Assembly: GCA_013265495.1 (NCBI GenBank)
Contig: MU058221.1
Coordinates: 5,254,066-5,318,065 of the forward strand
Direction of reading: 5' to 3'
DNA length: 64,000 bases
Source of the DNA: Vicugna vicugna
Lineage: Eukaryota
The position numbers and the translations under genes were made by a program. A model generated the notes under the pieces. That model was not told the DNA's origin and did not search any database. It was given only the letters and a program-made list of their open reading frames with translations. Below, one piece after another: positions 61,331 to 64,000 of the stretch (the first letter of the stretch is position 1; each line of letters begins with the position of its first letter).

Positions 61331-64000
61331 GCTCATTACCTGCCAGTGGGCATGCCTGTGTGTGGGCGTGTATGTGTGTGCACTTGCAAGTGCGTGTGCA
61401 CACGTGTATGTGTGTGTGAAAGAGTCGTTTCTCTTCCCAGTGCTTTCGTGGTGTCACTGATGGTCAGGGTGGCGGTGAGTGAAGCGCCCTGATCGGAGAT
61501 GTCCCACCCTTGCCTGGATCCCGTGGTGTCTCCAGAATCTAGCTACGAGCGGCTTAGGGACGATGGGGGAGGGAGGTGCTTTTCTCATCTTAAGGCCGTG
61601 TTTGCTCACTGTTTTTGCGGAAGTTGTTTGGTTATTTGGGCTGACCAGGGGTCTCGTGGACTCTCCCAGCCACTCCGTTACTGCTGCCACTGGTCCTGAA
61701 CTGTCCGCAGCTAGACTCTTACTGCAGGAGTGGGTGTCCCCTGAAGACGTGACGACATGGGCTTTGCAAAGACTTGCGGGCCAGCAGTTTGGCATGAATT
61801 GGCTTGTCTGGTTGGTGCCGCTGCCACTTTGCCATTGGGGAGGGGAGGCACTGAGATGTGCAGGAGAGTGATGGGGAGCTCAGGAGGAGGCAGTCCTGGC
61901 AGGGATTCCCGGCACGGTGGCTGGGGCTGTGTGCATGGGTGTGTGTTGGGGGGGTTGTGTGAGGGTCATGAGTCAGGCCCGCCGGGAAGCTGTGAGGGAG
62001 CAGGGCCTTCCCCACCTGGCTCGGCCACCTGTCTGCCCAGCCGTCTGCTTCCCTCCAGCTGGGGCGCCTCCTCTGGCTATGGGGTGAGGTCAGGGGCTCC
62101 TTGTGCTTCTGAGGTCTGGAAAAGCAGCGTGTAGCCAAGTGGAATGGGCTGGACAACCTCACAGGATTGGAAGCAGATGGGAGGCTGCAGCAGCTGGGCG
62201 TCAGGCCTGACCCAGGCCGGCTCGACCCTCGCAGCGCCCCACACTGTGGGTGGGGTGGGGAGGGGGCCAAGAAAGACAGACAGGCTGACGGACGTGGAGG
62301 GAGAAACAGAGGAGAGGCCGAGAGAGAGCTGGCAGAGACACACTGCGGAGCAAGGAGAGAGAAGCAGAGATTGGCAGCCGGAGAGCGGCCTGCGCCCAAG
62401 GAGGCGTCAGCACGGCCCCCTGCCTGTCCCCTGCAGGCTCCAGCCCCCCACTGTCAGCCACCTCCTCTAGGCCCCAAGGGATAAGGCTGAGATTTTCTTA
62501 GAACCAAGGAGGTGGCAGCTGGGTGGATGGCTTGAGGACTTGCTGGTCCCATTTGCCAGTAAAGACGCTGAACCCTTGAGGGCCTTAGGGGCCTGCCTTG
62601 CTCTGCTGCGTCCTAGCAGTGCGACCGAGGGCCTCCATGTCCCCATCTGCAGAACAGAAGTGATCGCCACCCCCCAGGTCTGGATAACACAGCACATGCA
62701 AAGCAGTGTAACCCGGCCCAGACGAGGCCGCCCTCAATGTAGTGGCCCTGAGCACCAGTCTGCTGACTTCCGTCCCCAGGCCTAGGAGGATAGGGTGCCG
62801 AGGACGAAGTGGCCCCTTCTCTCAGGAGCCCCAGGTGGAGCTGTGCGGAGGTGGCAGTGGCACCAGCCGTAATTCGTGGCACAGAGAGATGGAGGAGGCG
62901 GCACTGGGAAGTGCCTGGGGACTTCAGAGGAGAAACATACCTCCCCCTGCCTGCAGTGGAGGTGGGTCTGGCGGGGTAAGCGGCTGGACTGCAGCTGGCC
63001 CTCCTTTTCCTGGCCTGGGGACACAGCAGGGACACAGCCCTGCCCTCCTGGAGCCTCCGCTGCCATGGGTGGGAGTAACCCTGAGCAAGGGTCTGCTGGA
63101 GGGACGAGGGGGTTGCTCCTCAGTGCTGGCCCTGGGCGCCCAGTCCCAGTTCTGCCTCCGGCACCTTCGCACGGGAGGGCTCCCCAGGGTTACCCAATGG
63201 TTGTTTCTTGCTGCTAGGGCAGTTCTTCTGTATGTCCTTGGCTGACCCTGAGGTTTGAACATATCCCTTGGCCTCGGTCAGTGAGGGGTTTAGACAGCTG
63301 GACGCACCCCATGCTCCCGACCTGGGTGGGCGGGGCAGGGCTGTAACATCGCAGGCAGCTGTCTGCGCGCGGACGGCAGCCGGGAGCCCCGCCGTCCTGT
63401 TCACCCTTCTGGTGAGCAGGCTTCAGGGAACACAGTCTAATCTTTATCAGCGACAGTGGTTTCAGCTTTGCCCAGGCGTTCGACTAGAAGCTGCCCCAGG
63501 GCAGGGACTTTAACCCCAGTGTAGAGCACAGAGTAAGAGCTCAACCGATCTTTGTTGAGTAAATGAATTTTTCTGCCCGTTTATGGTCCCCAGGTGGACT
63601 CTTCCTGGCTCACAAGGGGCTCTGGCCATAACTTTGCAACCCTTAGACGCCTGGGACCTCGAGGGCCCTCCCAGCCCGGACACAGAGTGATCCTTGATTC
63701 ACACCATGTTCCCACCCTCGGCAAACAGCCGCCAGCTCCAACTGCTCATACATTTCCTGCCTGTCACCCTTGGCGCCCCGGCCAGGCCAGCCGGAGGCGC
63801 TGGGGGTGGCTGGTCCTTACCTGCTTCCAGTTCCCTGGGAAGTTTGGAGGCCAGAAGCCCAGGCCTGAGCTTGTGCCCAGAATAACTTCAGCAGAGCCTG
63901 GCCCTGGGAGATGCGGAAGCAGATCTGCCAGATGCAAAGATGTATGGGCTGGAGTGTTAGAGAAAACACAAACACCAGCTTGTGGTGCAGTTTGCACAAG

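Larger units (their letters stand above)
48835..64000 (+). other. ATOH8: ATOH8 intron 2 (continues beyond the window; final exon not seen)
   Basis: Donor gtaagc at 48835. I found no convincing acceptor followed by GAG TGA downstream in the window. As I recall, mammalian ATOH8 ends ...KKRKE after a long second intron. Confidence 0.75.

Noticed and set aside
61719..62399. 226-aa minus-strand ORF
   Set aside because: Pro/Ser-rich translation of G-rich intron sequence with no domain or splice support.
48835..64000. ATOH8 terminal exon
   Set aside because: No good acceptor followed by GAG TGA was found. Near matches around 61725 and 61861 do not fit.
1..64000. CRISPR arrays, tRNA/rRNA genes, prokaryotic-type systems, intact retroelement ORFs
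   Set aside because: No repeat-spacer arrays, structured RNA genes, or RT/transposase ORFs were seen. The sequence is mammalian intergenic and intronic DNA.

Overview
Mammalian genomic DNA containing the 5' part of the bHLH transcription-factor gene ATOH8 (atonal homolog 8) on the + strand. It is probably an artiodactyl; the young L1 3' ends resemble camelid L1 as I recall it, which is unverified. A CpG-island promoter and coding exon 1 lie at CDS 39339-40112, and coding exon 2 lies at 48643-48834. The short last coding exon was not found and probably lies beyond 64000. The first ~38 kb is intergenic and made of ancient repeats (MIR, L2, MaLR/ERVL LTRs, L1M, Tigger), several young 5'-truncated L1 3' ends with clear target-site duplications, microsatellites and strong CTCF-like motifs. 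There is one 45-N assembly gap in a GC-rich intronic island. I found no convincing new protein-coding system, and almost all other ORFs in the track look like GC-rich or repeat noise. The best leads are regulatory: a three-ATG uORF/E-box module at the ATOH8 5' end, a consensus alternative donor that would give a poison isoform, intron-2 read-through with a nearby polyA signal, a 14-Pro tract, oriented CTCF sites, and candidate Hox/Pbx enhancers in intron 2. Repeat family names and boundaries are by-eye estimates.
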